Of a stretch of 64,000 bases of DNA, positions 50,820-64,000 are shown piece after piece. Position 1 is the stretch's first letter. Each line of letters begins with the position of its first letter. Source of the DNA: Chiloscyllium plagiosum (lineage: Eukaryota); contig NC_057718.1 of NCBI RefSeq assembly GCF_004010195.1, positions 3,098,273-3,162,272 of the forward strand, read 5' to 3'. The position numbers and the translations under genes were made by a program. Under the pieces are notes generated by a model. The model saw nothing but the letters and a program-made list of their open reading frames with translations. It did no database searches and was not told where the DNA came from.

Positions 50820-52680
50820 TACTTCCAAGTGCTTCACCCCTCTGTTACTCTGAGCTTCCTCATTTCTTACCATTCAGTGTGTAGGCCCTAGTCTTGTTAC
50901 TTCTACCAAAGTGCATCACCTCACAGATATCAGGATTCAATTCTAGCTGCCACTGATCTAGCCATTTGATCAATCCATTTCTATCCTCCTGCAATCTACC
51001 ACCATCATCCTCATTCTCAACCATCAGGCCAATCTTTCTGTCATCTGCAAACTTACTCACCATGCCCCACTCTCGGATCTGCATTGTTTATATCCAGCAT
51101 GGACAATAAGGGACCCAGCACTGATTCCTGTGGTACACCATTGGACACGGGCCTCCAGTCATACAAACAGCCCTCTCTCACCACGCTCAGTTGCTGGGTC
51201 GGAAACGATTTTGGATCCAACTTGCCAAGTGACCCTGGATCCCATCAGCTTTTCCTTTCATTATCAGTCTCCCATGGTGGGCCTTGTCAAAGGCTTGACT
51301 GAAATCCCAATAAACTACATTCGCCAGACAACTGTGGTGAATCAGTTATTGGAAACATTCAAGACTGAAGTTAAAGCTTTCTGGAGATGATTGATCTGAA
51401 GGGATTTGGAGACAGTGTGTCAAAGTGCCATTGAAGTCATTGATCATCCATTCTTTAACTGAGCGGTGGAGCAGCCTTGATGGATTGAATAGTCTATTCT
51501 GTTCCTGTGTCCCTCTGTCTGTGTTTCTTAGATAAAGGGAATGAATGAGGATCATCGAACATAGAACATTATTGCGCAGTGCAGATCCTTCCGCCCTCGA
51601 TGTTGTGCCGACCTTTGAAACCAATCTAATCTACACTGTTCCATTTCATCTATATGAATATTCAATGACCATTTAAATGTCCTTTAAGTTGTCGAGTCTA
51701 CTACTACTACTACTATCACCCCTCAATTTAAGCTATGTCCCCTAATGATAGCCATCAACATCCAAGGAAGAAGGCTCTCATTGTCCACCCTTATCTAACC
51801 CTCTGGTTATCTTATATGTCTCTGTTAAGTCACCTCTCAAGCTTCATCTCCCAAATATAAACAATATCAAGACCCTCAGCCTTACCTTATAAGAACTTCC
51901 CTCCATACCAGGCAACATGCCAGTAAATCTCCTCTGCAACTTTTTCAAAGCTTCCACATCCTTTCTACAATGTGGCGACCAAAACTGTATGCATCACCCC
52001 AAGTGACGTTGCACCAGTGTTTTGGACAGGTGCAATATGACCTCATCACTCTGAAACTCAATCCCTCGACCAATAAAGGCTAACATACTGTGTGCCTTCT
52101 TAACAACCCTATCAATCTGGGCAACTTTCAGGGATCTATGTACATGGACACCGAGATCTCTCTGCTCATCCACACTGCCAATAATCTTACCATTAGCTCA
52201 ATACTCTTTATTCTTGTTGCTCCTTCCAAAGTGAATTACCTCATATTTTTCCACATTAACCTCCATTTCCCTCAGTACAGCTCTGCAGCTTATCTATGTC
52301 CCTCTGTAACCTGCAATATTCTTCAGCAGTATCCACAAATCCACTGAAATAGTGTAGATATACTAACCCATCCTTCTATGCCCTCATCATGGTCATTTAT
52401 AAAAATAACAAACAGCATTAGCCCAAAAACAGACCTTTGCTGTAGACCACTAGTAACTGAATTCCAGGATAAACATTTCACATCAACCACCACACTCTGT
52501 CTTATTTCAGCTAGCTTATTTCAGATCTAAATCGCTAAATCACCCTCAATCCCATGCCTCCATATTTTCTGCAACAGCCTACTATGGGGAACCTTATTAA
52601 ATGCTTTACCTGCATCCACCTGTTTGGTCATCTTCTCAAAGAACTCACTAAGGCACAAACTACGCTTCACAAAACCATGA
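50820..52680 (-). mobile_element. Two CR1 RT/3' fragments
   Basis: SKFADD..KWLDQWQLELN; KAFNKVPH; catagaa tail. Confidence 0.75.
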
Positions 52681-53879
52681 TTTGGAGATGCCGGTGTTGG
52701 ACTGGGGTGTACAAAGTTAAAAATCACACAACACCAGGTTATAGTCCAACAGGTTTAATTGAAAGCACACTAGCTTTTGGAGTGCCGTTCCTCATCAGGT
52801 GATTGTGGAGGACACAATTGTAAGACACAGAATTTATAGCAAAAATTTACAGTGTGATATAACTGAAATTATACATTGAAAAGTACCTTGATTGTCTGTT
52901 GAGTCTTTCATCTGTTCGAATACCGTGATAGTTTCACTTCTTTCATTTGTAAATCACAAAACCTTTTTTTAAAAGTTGCATTCTCAGGTTAGCTGTTAAC
53001 AATGGTGATAGCTAGACAATATGTTGAAGGTGTTATTAAACAGGCTGTTTGTTTCTGGATGTCGTAAACCTTCTTGAGTGGTGTTAGTCTCTTCTAGGCA
53101 AGTGGAAAGTTTTTCATTACACTCCTGATTTGTGCCTTGTAGGTATGAAAATTCCAAGTAATCCCAGCTCCAGGGTCCAAAGCCTGGTTCAATTGCTTCT
53201 GGTCAATGCTAACTCCAATGATGTTAAAATTGGAGATTAAGCTGTTGAATGTCAAGGGAGTTAGTTAACCTCCCTCTTGTTGAAGATGTTAATTGCCTCA
53301 TTCTTGTGCAGCATGAATGATATTTGCCAGTTTTCAGTCAAGCCTGAATATGTCCAGGTCTGGCTGCATGTAAGCATGGAATGCTTCAGTCCCTGTAAGT
53401 TGATGAATCAGTGGGCTCTGGTAGAAAAGTGAATGAAATTTATACTTGGGAAACATAGGTATAGAATCATAGGATCTCCACAGTCCAGAAAGAGGCTATC
53501 TGGCCCATTGAGTCCGAACTAACCCTCCGAAGAACATCCCACCCATATCTACACCATATCCCCATAACCCTCCATTTACCATGGTTAATCCACAAAGACT
53601 ACGCATCCCTGAACACTACAGGGCAATTTAGCATGGCCAATCCACCTAACCCAAGTATCTGTGAGAGGAAACCAGAACACCTAATGGAAACCCACGCAGA
53701 CACAGGGAGAACATGCAAACTCCACATGGATAATCACCCAAGGCTGGAATCAAACCAGGTCCCTGGTGCTGTGAGGTAGCAGTGCTAACCACTGAGCCAC
53801 TGCGCCACCCTAAATAGTTGCTTCTGAGCATTTGTGAGTTTCAGTTATTGAGTTTATTTAAGAAAGGTAGAGTCATTCA

Positions 53880-54620
53880 GCGGGGTGTAGGTTTGCTCGC
53901 TGAGCTGTAGGTTTGATATCCAGGCGTTTCATTACCGGGCTAGGTAACATCATCAGTGGCGACCTCCAAGTGAAGCGAAGCTGTTGTCTCCTGCTTTCTA
54001 TTTATATCTTTCTCCTGGATGGGGTTCCTGGGGTTTGTGGTGATGTCATTTCCTGTTTGTTTTCTGAGGGGTTGATAGATGACATCTGGATCTATGTGTT
54101 TGTTTATGGCGTTGTGGTTGGAGTGCCAGGCCTCCAGGAATTCTCTGGCATGTCTTTGCTTAGCCTGTCCCAGGATAAATGTGTTGTCCCAGTCGAAATG
54201 GTGGTTTTTTTCATCTGTGTAGGGCTACGAGGGAGAGAGGGTCATGTCTTTTTTGTGGCTAGCTGTTGTTCGTGTATCTTGGTGGCTAACTTTCTTCCTG
54301 CTTGTCCTACGTGGTGTTTATGGCAGTCCTTGCATGGAATTTTGTAGATGACGTTGGTTTTGTCCATGGGTTGTAGTGGATCTTTTAAGTTTGTTAGTTT
54401 TTGTTTGAGTGTGTTGATGGGTTTGTGTGCTACTAGGATTCCAAGAGGTCTTAGTAGTCTGGCTGTCATTTCTGAAACTTCTTTGATGCATGTTAAGGTG
54501 GTTAGGGTTTCTGGCTGTGTTTGGTCTGCTTGTCGTGGTTTGTTCTTGAGGAATCTGCGCACTGTATTTTTGAGTATCCGTTCTTCTTGAATATGTTGTA
54601 AAGGTGGTTCTCCTCTATTT
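53880..54620 (-). mobile_element. Penelope-like element, GIY-YIG endonuclease end
   Basis: NVIYKIPCKDCHKHHVGQAGRKLATKIHEQ. Confidence 0.8.
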
Positions 54621-55709
54621 TCCGAAGTACTTCAATAAGTACTCTACAATAACCTGCCTATTACCTGGAGCAGTTTAATTAAGATTGTGGCGACAAGAGC
54701 AGGTGGAATCTGCATGCTGACTCCCACAGCTTGTCCACCATGTTTCTACAAAGCAGAGGTAGGAATATGATGGCATTCTTCTCAATTGCCTGGATAAGTG
54801 TAGCTCCAACAACATTCAAGTAGATTCACACCATCCAGAACAAAGCAGCCCACTTGATTAGCACCACAGCTAACACCTTCAACACCGATGGACAGTCTGT
54901 ACCATCTACCTGATGCCCTTCAGTAACTCACAAGGCTCCTCCAACAATAGCTTCTGAACCCATAGCCTCTCCCATCTGAAAGGACAAGGACAGCAGATAC
55001 ATGGGACACCACCTCCTTCAGGTTCCTCTCCAAGGCACACACTATCCAGACTTGGAAATATATCATCCTCATTCCTTCAATGTCATTGGATCAAATGTCC
55101 CAATACCAAATGGACCACAGCAGTTCAGGAAGGCAACTCACCATCACCTTCTCAAGGCATAGAATATAGGAACTGGAGTAGGCCATTCAGCCCATTGTGC
55201 CTGTGCCACCCTTCAACATAATCATGGCTGATCATCCAACACAGTCCCCTGTTCCTGCTTTCTCTCCATACCCTTTGATCCCTTCAGCCCTCAGAACTAT
55301 ATTGAACTCCTTCTTGAAAACATTCAATGTTTTGGCCTCAACTGCTTCCTGTAGCTGAGAATGTCTGGAATGGATTATGAAGAAGCAATGTGTATAATGA
55401 AAGCAACATGTTTCCTTTATCAGTGAGCTTCATTCCATGATATACTGGTCCAGAATGATTCCCTGTGACTGATAATGGTTTCCCAGACCATTACAGTTTT
55501 AGGTATTTGGCTGAAAATATCCCTTGCATAACTGGACCTTCTAAAACTCCTTGAGAAATTTTACTCTAAGCTATTCATTATGCAACAGTGCAAGCTTGGT
55601 GAACTGAATAGTCTCAGTCTGTGTTGTAAATTACATTATTCTACATGTAAGCCTTGCTGATTATTGTTTTTGAGAAAACAGTAATATATGAGAGAAATCA
55701 GAAGATTCA

Positions 55710-56400
55710 CAGAGTCATAGAGATGTACAGCATGGAAACAGACCCTTCTGTCCAACTCATCCATGCCAATCAGATATTCCACCGCAATCTAGTCCCATCT
55801 GCCAGCACCCACCCATATCCCTCCAAACCCTTCTTATTCATATACCTATCCAGATGCCTTTTAAATGTTGCGATCGTACTCGCCTCCACCATTTCCTCTG
55901 GCAGCTTATTCCATACATGTACTATCCACTGTGTGAAAAAGTTGCCTTTCTGGTCTCTTTTATATCTTTCTCCTCTCACCCTAAACCTATGCCCTCTACT
56001 TCTGCACTCCCCCATCCCAGGGAAGAGACATTGTCTATTTATTCTGTCCATGCACCTCATGATTTTATAAATCTCCATAAGGTCACCCCTCAGCTTCCGC
56101 AGCTCCAGGGAAAACAGCCCCAGCCTGTTCAGCCTCTCCCTATATCTCAAATCCTCCAACCGTGGCAACATCTTTGTAAATCTTTTCTGAACCCTTGCAA
56201 GTTTCACAACATCCTTCTGATAGGAAGGAGACCAGAATTGCACGCCATGTTCCAAAAGTGGCCTAACCAATGTCTTGTACAGCCGCAACATGACATCCCA
56301 ACTCCTGTACTCAATACTCTGACAAATAAAGGAAAGCATACCAACCACCTTTTTCACTATCCTATCTACCTCCGACTCCACTTTCAAGGAGCTGTGAACC
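55710..56400 (-). mobile_element. Young CR1 3' end
   Basis: 211-aa ORF with CR1 C-terminal motifs. Confidence 0.85.
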
Positions 56401-58234
56401 AGCAAAAAGAGACTAGTAGGGCCACAGTGCAGAAGTGATGTAATGGAGTCAAGAATGCAACAATAGTTTCAAATGTGGCAAATTCACAATTGACAAATAA
56501 ATGAAGCTTAATGTGACCCACAGCTTTCTATATCGTAACTTAACAATTAAGGAATTTGTACAAATCAGTTCAAGGATCCCTATCTACAAGATTCATTGTG
56601 ATGCTTAATTTGTTCATCAGGATTTGCTGATTGCCATATCTCCCTCTCCCTCTCTCTCTTCAAGTGTTTTCCACTTCCTTGTCAGAAACACAGAATGACT
56701 GGTTTACAAATTCTTGTTAAAAGCAACAGCTTGCAGCAGCTGGGAAGGGAGAATAAACCGGCTTTCTTCGGGCATTAGTTAGCTTTTACTGCAGAGAAAA
56801 GGACTCCACCTCAATTTCCAGAGGTCCGATGGCTTCTGGCGATAATCATTCACACTCACAAGCTGTTCAGCCAGAATGATGTGGTGATGCCGGTGTTGTA
56901 CTGGGGTGGACATAGTCAGAAGTCACATGACACCAGGTTATAGTCCAACAAGTTTATTTTAAATCACAGATTTTCAGAGCGCTGCTCCTACATCAGGTGA
57001 AGTGTTAGCAATCACATCGTTGTTGGCAGGCACACGGCCTTATCACAGAAAACTGGTCCCCACTCCACAGATCAGTCAGTTACTTGTTGCATCTCCACAA
57101 CCCCATACTATCACTTTATCTGCAATAAATACCACCATCCCCAACCACCCTCAAACTGGGCCTCTTCTGGAGTACTGTGTGCAGTTCTGGTCACCCTGCT
57201 ATTGGAAGAAAATTATTAAATTGGAGAAGGTTCAGAAAAGATTTCCAGTTGTTGTCAAGAACGGAGGGTTTGAGTTACAAAAATAGCCTGGGAGTTTTTC
57301 CATTGGAGCATTGGTGGGGGAGGGATGACCTTACAGAGGTTTATAAAATCATGAGGGGCAAAGATCAGGTGAATAGCCAAAACTTAGGGGCACATTATTG
57401 GGGTGAGAGAAGAAAGATTTAAAAAGAACATGAGGGTCACGTCACCTGATGAAGGGACTACACTCCAAAAGTTTGTGATTTCAAATAAGCTTGTTGGACT
57501 ATAATCTGATATTGTGTGATTTCAGACTTTGTGAATGCAGTTTCAGAGTTAAAGCAGGTTTTGACTCCTAAAAGCAGGATGATACCTCCACCTTCTCCCA
57601 TTTTCTGCTGCAAATATCAGCCCTGTGAAGCTCTGCAGAAAACACATGTTGAGGAAGTCTCTCCTCACCTTGAGCTAGGAGAAGGTGAGGACTACAGATG
57701 CTGGAGATCAGGGCGGGGAGTGTGGTGCTGGAAAAGCACAGCAGGACACCTGGCATGCGAGGAACAGGAGAATCAACATTTCTGGCAAAAGTCCTGATGA
57801 AGGGCCGTACAATGCACTATCCTGGCTGGCGAGCTAAGGATTGCCTTCACCCACAAGGAATGCTGGGTGCAACAGAACGCTGAAGGTGGCTGGGCAGATT
57901 AACAGGCTCGTTAAGAAGGCATGTGGGATGCTTACAATTTTCAGTTGAGATACAGTTTATAAGTGCAGGTTGGTTATGTTACAGCTATACAGCACTTTGG
58001 TTAAACCTCAGCTGGAGTACTTTGTGCAGTTTAAAAAAGGAAGGTTGGAATTACCATGGAGGGGGTGCAAAGGAGAGTGACCAGGATGTTATCGGAGATG
58101 GTGCATTTCAGATATGAAGAGAGACTATAAGCTTGGGTTGCTTTCTTTGGAGCAGAGAAGATTTGATGGGGGTGGGGGTGTAATAGATGTGAATAAAGCA
58201 TTGACAGGGTGATTAGAAAGCAGTTATTCCCATT

Positions 58235-59130
58235 ATTCTGGATTAGTGGTGCTGGAAGAGCACAGCAGTTCAGGCAGCATCCATGGAGCTTCAAAATCGA
58301 CGTTTTGGGCAAAAGCCCTTCATCAGGAATAAAGGCAGTGAGCCTGAAGCATGGAGAGATAAGCTAGAGGAGGNNNNNNNNNNNNNNNNNNNNNNNNNNN
58401 NNNNNNNNNNNNNNNNNNNNNNNNNNNNNNNNNNNNNNNNNNNNNNNNNNNNNNNNNNNNNNNNNNNNNNNNNNNNNNNNNNNNNNNNNNNNNNNNNNNN
58501 NNNNNNNNNNNNNNNNNNNNNNNNNNNNNNNNNNNNNNNNNNNNNNNNNNNNNNNNNNNNNNNNNNNNNNNNNNNNNNNNNNNNNNNNNNNNNNNNNNNN
58601 NNNNNNNNNNNNNNNNNNNNNNNNNNNNNNNNNNNNNNNNNNNNNNNNNNNNNNNNNNNNNNNNNNNNNNNNNNNNNNNNNNNNNNNNNNNNNNNNNNNN
58701 NNNNNNNNNNNNNNNNNNNNNNNNNNNNNNNNNNNNNNNNNNNNNNNNNNNNNNNNNNNNNNNNNNNNNNNNNNNNNNNNNNNNNNNNNNNNNNNNNNNN
58801 NNNNNNNNNNNNNNNNNNNNNNNNNNNNNNNNNNNNNNNNNNNNNNNNNNNNNNNNNNNNNNNNGGGAAATATATTCCTGGTGGTGGGGTCTGTTTGGAG
58901 GTGGCGGAAATGTCGATGGATGATTTGGTTTATGCGAAGGTTAGTAGGGTGGAAGGTGAGCATCAGGGGCGTTCTATCCTTGTTATGGTTGGAGGGGTGG
59001 GGTCTGAGGGCGGAGGTGCGGACTGTGGACGAGATGCATTGGAGGGCATGTTTAACCACTTGGGAAGGGAAGTTGCGGTCTCTAAATGAGGAGGCCATCT
59101 GGTGTGTTCAGTGGTGGAACTGGTCCTCCC
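58235..59130 (-). mobile_element. Penelope-like element spanning N-gap
   Basis: MASSFRDRNFPS..RTPLMLTFHP, same family as 9880-11575. Confidence 0.7.
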
Positions 59131-59809
59131 ATTAGTCAAAGGGTCAGTACCAAGGAGATATCACTTTGAAGTGAAAGGCAAGAGGTTCAGAGGAGATTTG
59201 AGGAAACCTTCTTCACCCAGAGGGTGGTGGGTGTCTGGAATGCACTGCTTGGGAAGCTAGTTGAGGGGGGGAAGCTCACAAATTCAAAAACTACATGGAT
59301 AAGCACTTAATCATAATGCTGTGTATTTGGGCATTTCATAAGTAGCCTAGTGCAGGAAAGACATATATTTTTAGTGGTACAGGTTTAATTGGCTGAACAG
59401 CCTCTTGTATGAGGAATTGAATCAATCTAGCAATGAGGTGATTGTCTAATGGTTATTGCTAGACTATTAATCTAGAAACTCAGCTAATGTTGAGAGTACT
59501 CGTGCAAAATCCACCAGATGGTGCAATTTAAATTCCATGAAATTCTTGAAATAAGAATCCAGTGATTGCCAGGAAATAATTGCCAACTCTCAGAAAAAGC
59601 TTCCAGGCTCACTAATGTTCTTGAAGGAAGGAGGCTACCAACCATACATGGGCTGACTGACATGTGACTCCACAGCAATGTGGTTGACTCTGAGCTGCTG
59701 TCTGGGTGATTAGGGATGACCAGTAAATGCTGGCCCAACCAGCAAAGCCCTCATCCCGTGTGACTGTGACAATTAGCCTGATGTACACCAATTGCAACAA
59801 AAGTTCCCT

Positions 59810-61350
59810 TTGTGTATGTGTCTGTCTGTGGGTGTGCATTTATGTGTCTGCCAGTTTGTGTATGTGAGAGTGTATATGTTGGTGTTTGTGGTATATGTTG
59901 TACATGCAAGTTGTGGAGTGTTTTGGTGTTTGTGTGCTGTGGTGTGTGTGTGTCTGCATGTGTGTTGGCCAGCATGGTGGCTCAGTGGATAGCATTGCTA
60001 CCTCACAGCGCCAAGGACCCAGGTTTCCATTCCACCCTTGGTCGACTGTTTGTGCAGTTTGCACATTTTCCCCATCTCTGCATGGGTTTCCTCTGGGTTC
60101 TCTGGTTTCCATGCACAGTCCAAAGATGTGCAGTAAGATAGATTGGACATGCACAATTGCCCATAGTGTCCAGGGATGTTCTGGCTAGGGGGATTAGCTA
60201 TGGAAATGAAGGGTTACATGGATAAGGTATGAAGACAGGTCTCTGTGGGATGCTCTTCCGTGTGAATTTGATGGGTCAAATGGCCTGTTTCCACACTGTC
60301 ATGATTCTATGATTCTATGAGTGTGTGCATGTGTGTGCATTTGTAAGTCTAAGATTTTGTGTGTATTTCTCAGTGTATGTGTTTTCACAAGTGCATTTGT
60401 GTGTTTTGAGTGTACCTATGTCTGTGTGTGTCTATCTTTCTGTGTGTGCATGTTTCCACACTATCATGATTCTATGATTCTATGAGTGTGTGTGTAGATG
60501 TGTGAAAGAGAGAGTATGTGTATGTGTGTGCATTGTTGTGTATGTGTTTTGGAATGTATATGTACACAAGTGTGTATATGAGAGAGAGTCTATGTACACA
60601 AATGTGTACGTTGTGTATGTAGATTAGTGTGTGTGTACACGTGAGGTTATTTCTGCTTATGAGTATTTGTGTGTTGTGTGTGAGAGACTGTGTGTATTAT
60701 GTATTTGGATAAATGTGTTGTTGATGTTTGTGGACATGAGTGTATGTTTTGTGTGTGTATTGTGTTCATATGTGTGCTTCTGGATTAGTGGTGCTGGAAG
60801 AGCACAGCAGTTCAGGCAGCATCCGAGAAACAGTAAAATCGACGTTTCGGGCAAAGCCCTTCATCAGGAATAAAGGCAGAGACCCTGGGAGTTGCAGTGG
60901 GAGAGGGACTCCCTGAGATTCTTGTAGAGAGAGGATGAAAACTTCTTCAATGCAGGCAACCTTGCAAGAGGATTCGTATTGGGGTTAAAATCAACTAGGC
61001 AAAAACAATGACTGCAGATGCTGAAAACCAGATTCTGGATTAGTGGTGCTGGAAGAGTACAGCAGTTCAGGCAGCATCCGAGGAGCAGTAAAATCGACGT
61101 TTCTGGCAAAAGCCCTTCATCTGCCTTTATTCCTGATGAAGGGCTTTTGCCTGAAACGTCGATTTTACTGCTCCTCGGATCCTGCCTGAACTGCTGTGCT
61201 CTTCCAGCACCACTAATCCAGAATCTGGTTTTCAGCATCTGCAGTCATTGTTTTTACCTTCATATGTGTGCTGATGAGTGTGCATGTGCATGTATCTTTG
61301 GTGTGTGTGTGTAGATGAGTGTGTGTGCGTGCGTGTGTGTATGTGGTTCG
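59810..61350. repeat. Degenerate (TG)n low-complexity region with nested elements
   Basis: TG-rich composition. Confidence 0.75.
61001..61255. repeat. Inverted repeat (hairpin) of Penelope-like terminal sequence
   Basis: aaaaacaatgactgcagatgctg..cccttcatc / gatgaaggg..cagcatctgcagtcattgttttt, ~120-bp arms. Confidence 0.88.
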
Positions 61351-62669
61351 TGTGGGTGCAAATGGGTCTGTCTGTATTGAACCTGGTTACCCTTGCTTCA
61401 TCTCCTTGCAGTCAGGGAGACAGACAAAATATAATGAAGACACAGGGTCAAGGTAAGTGACCTGAGAGGCCAGCAGACAATGCATTCCCCTTTCCTTCTC
61501 AGGTAGAATGCACACCCATTCACTTAAATTACATTGTTACAACAGTCAAAGATTCTTTCCTCACTGTGACAGGTTTTTTTGTCAGGCAGTATCAGGCTGT
61601 GTGTGGGGCGGGAACTACAGGCTGCTTTTTGGCACAAACCTAATGGTGGAACCCCGTAAATGTTGTAATTTGAGAGAATAGAGTAACAAATCTGATCGGA
61701 GCACATTCAAATCTTTTCAAGAGCATGTGCAGAAAATCTGAGAATTAAATTGCTCACTGATTTCCCATCACTGAAAAAACAATGAAAATAGACTGATAGT
61801 AGGAGTGTATTGGAAATGAGCTCAACCCTCAGTTCTCCTCAAGGGTTATGTTACAGTGTGCATTCTGGAGGCTATGAAAAAATGATATTTGCCAGAGGTA
61901 GCAAACTCATTGTTGAGCCTGGTAAGAGCTCAAGCTATTAAAAAAAGGATGAGGTATGAGGTTACTGGCAATTGATAAATATTGGTCAAATACTACTTAG
62001 ATTAGATTTCCTACAGTATGTCTACACCAACCCTCCAAAAAGTAACCCACCCTGACCCATTCCCTGACCCTACATATACCCCAAATTAATACAGCTACCA
62101 CTGGGGGCAATTGAGCATTGCCAATTCACTTGACTTGCGCATTTTTGGATTGTGGGAGGAAACCCACACAGACACAGGGGGAATGTGCAAACTCCACACA
62201 GTCACCTGAGTTAGCAATCAAACCCAGGTCTCTGGCACACTGAGGCTATAGTGCTAACCACTGTGCCACCATGCCACTTCTGATTGGCAGAAATCAACAT
62301 GCTCCCATCTTGGTAAGACTAGACATGCCAAAGTCAACTGCTGGAAGTTCAATGGGAGACTGATTAGAATCAGAGGAATATCAAAAGAATTTTCAGAAAA
62401 AGATACATCACAAAAATAAGTAACTATTCTAACCATAATGCAGGGCAGAGAAAACGTGAACGCTTTTAATGTACTGAAGAGGGAGAGGGAAGTCAGGACA
62501 GTCCAGAGAATTTGTTTTTAAATGTGAACAAGGAGAGTGAGGCCACTGGAGGGTTTGATATTTAAGGGGAGTATTTCCTTCAGTTTCAAAGCCAGGAGAT
62601 AAACCAAGAAGATCTTGAGAGACACTGGAGCAAGTCAGTCCCTGATGCTGCCCTAATGATCCTGTTTGT

Positions 62670-63680
62670 CTGGATGTAGGTTTGCTCGCTGAGCTGGGAG
62701 GTCCATTTCCAGACGTTTCATCGCCCTTCTAGGTAACATCTTCAGTGGGCCTCAGGCGAAGCAGTGTACATGATTCCTGCTTTCTATTGATATGTTCATG
62801 TTTCTTTGCGCTGTTGATGTCATTTCCTGTGATGATGTCATTTCCTGTAGTGATGTCATTTCCTGTTCTTTTTCTCAGGGGGTGGCAGATGGGGTCTAAC
62901 TCAATGTGTTTGTTGATAGAGTTCCGGTTGGAATGCCATGCTTCTAGGAATTCTCGTGTATGTCTCTGTTTGGCTTGTACTAGGATGGATGTGTTGCCCC
63001 AGTCAAAGTGGTGTCCTTCCTCATCTGTATGTAAGGATACCAGTGAGAGAGGGTCATGTCGTTTTGTGGCTCGTTGGTGTTCATGTATCCTGGTGGTGAG
63101 GTGTCTGCCTGTTTGTCCAATGTGGTATTTATTACAGTTCTTGCACGGTATTTTGTAAATGACATTAGTTTTGCTTGTTGTCTGTACAGAGTCTTTCAAG
63201 TTCATTCGCTGCTGTTTTAGTGTGGTGGTGGGTTTGTGGGCTACCATGATGCCAAGGGGTCTGAGTAGGCTGACAGTCATTTCTGAGATGTATTTGATGT
63301 AGTTGAGAGTGGCTAGGGTTTCTGATTGCATTTTGTCTGTGTGTTTGGATTGGTTGCTGAGAAATTGGTGGACTGTGTTCATTGGGTACCCGTTCTTTTT
63401 GAACACACTGTAAAGGTGATTTTTCTCTGCTCTGCATAGTTCTTCTGTGCTGCAGTATGTGTTGGCTAGTTGAAATAATCCACAAGCTTCATTTGTGGAT
63501 GTTGGGATGATTGTTTCTGTAGTTCAATATTTGGTCCGTATGTGTTGTTTTCCTGTAGATGCTGGTTTGAAGTTGCCCATTGGCTCTTCACTCTACTGTG
63601 ACATCTGAAAATGGCAGTTTGTTCTTGTTTTCCTCCTCTTTAGTGAATTTTAGGCCAATACTCTCACTTTATAGAGTATT
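62670..63680 (-). mobile_element. Penelope-like element, RT C-terminus plus GIY-YIG
   Basis: 225-aa ORF FKKNGYP..NVIYKIPCKNCNKYHIGQTGRHLTTRIHEH..REFLEAWH. Confidence 0.85.
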
Positions 63681-64000
63681 TATGTTGCAACTTTATAGAG
63701 CAATTGGTTAAGCTACAGATGGAATACGATTTGTAGTTCTGATCACCACACTATTGGAAGTATGTGAATGTACTGGAGGGTGAAGAAGAAATTCACTAAG
63801 ATTTCACAAAATTATAAGCAGCACCGAGAAAAGATTTTCATGATCTACCCTATCTATGTCAAAGTCCAGAGAACATAAGTTTAAGGTGAGGAGTAAGCGG
63901 TTTACAGTTGATCTGGGGGAAAGGTTTTCTCCCCCCACTCAAGGGGTGGTACAAAATATGTAAGATGTTGAGTGTAGTGGAGAGGTGTACTTGCAACTTT

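Overview
Vertebrate genomic DNA, almost certainly from a cartilaginous fish (shark-type tRNA-derived SINEs, dense CR1 LINEs, Penelope-like elements), with two N-gaps. The main content is an apparently intact plus-strand immunoglobulin-superfamily gene. It has a leader exon (12398-12449), four single-exon V-set domains with the J-like G strand already joined in the germline and no flanking RSS (13703-14083, 20549-20893, 23473-23817, 26437-26784), an uncharged TM exon (27357-27507) and a probable Tyr-containing tail exon. It looks like a non-rearranging 4xVJ receptor resembling TCR-gamma/IgL V domains, with no C domain. It faces a decayed mirror-image copy on the minus strand: a disrupted leader and three pseudo-V exons, plus a fourth divergent pseudo-V further out. 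Both belong to a large inverted duplication (about 5-24 kb versus 38-62 kb). The rest is mobile DNA: a class I ERV with a tRNA-Pro PBS, Gypsy remnants, CR1s, SINEs and Penelope-like elements carrying hammerhead cores. All calls were made by eye; no database searches were run.
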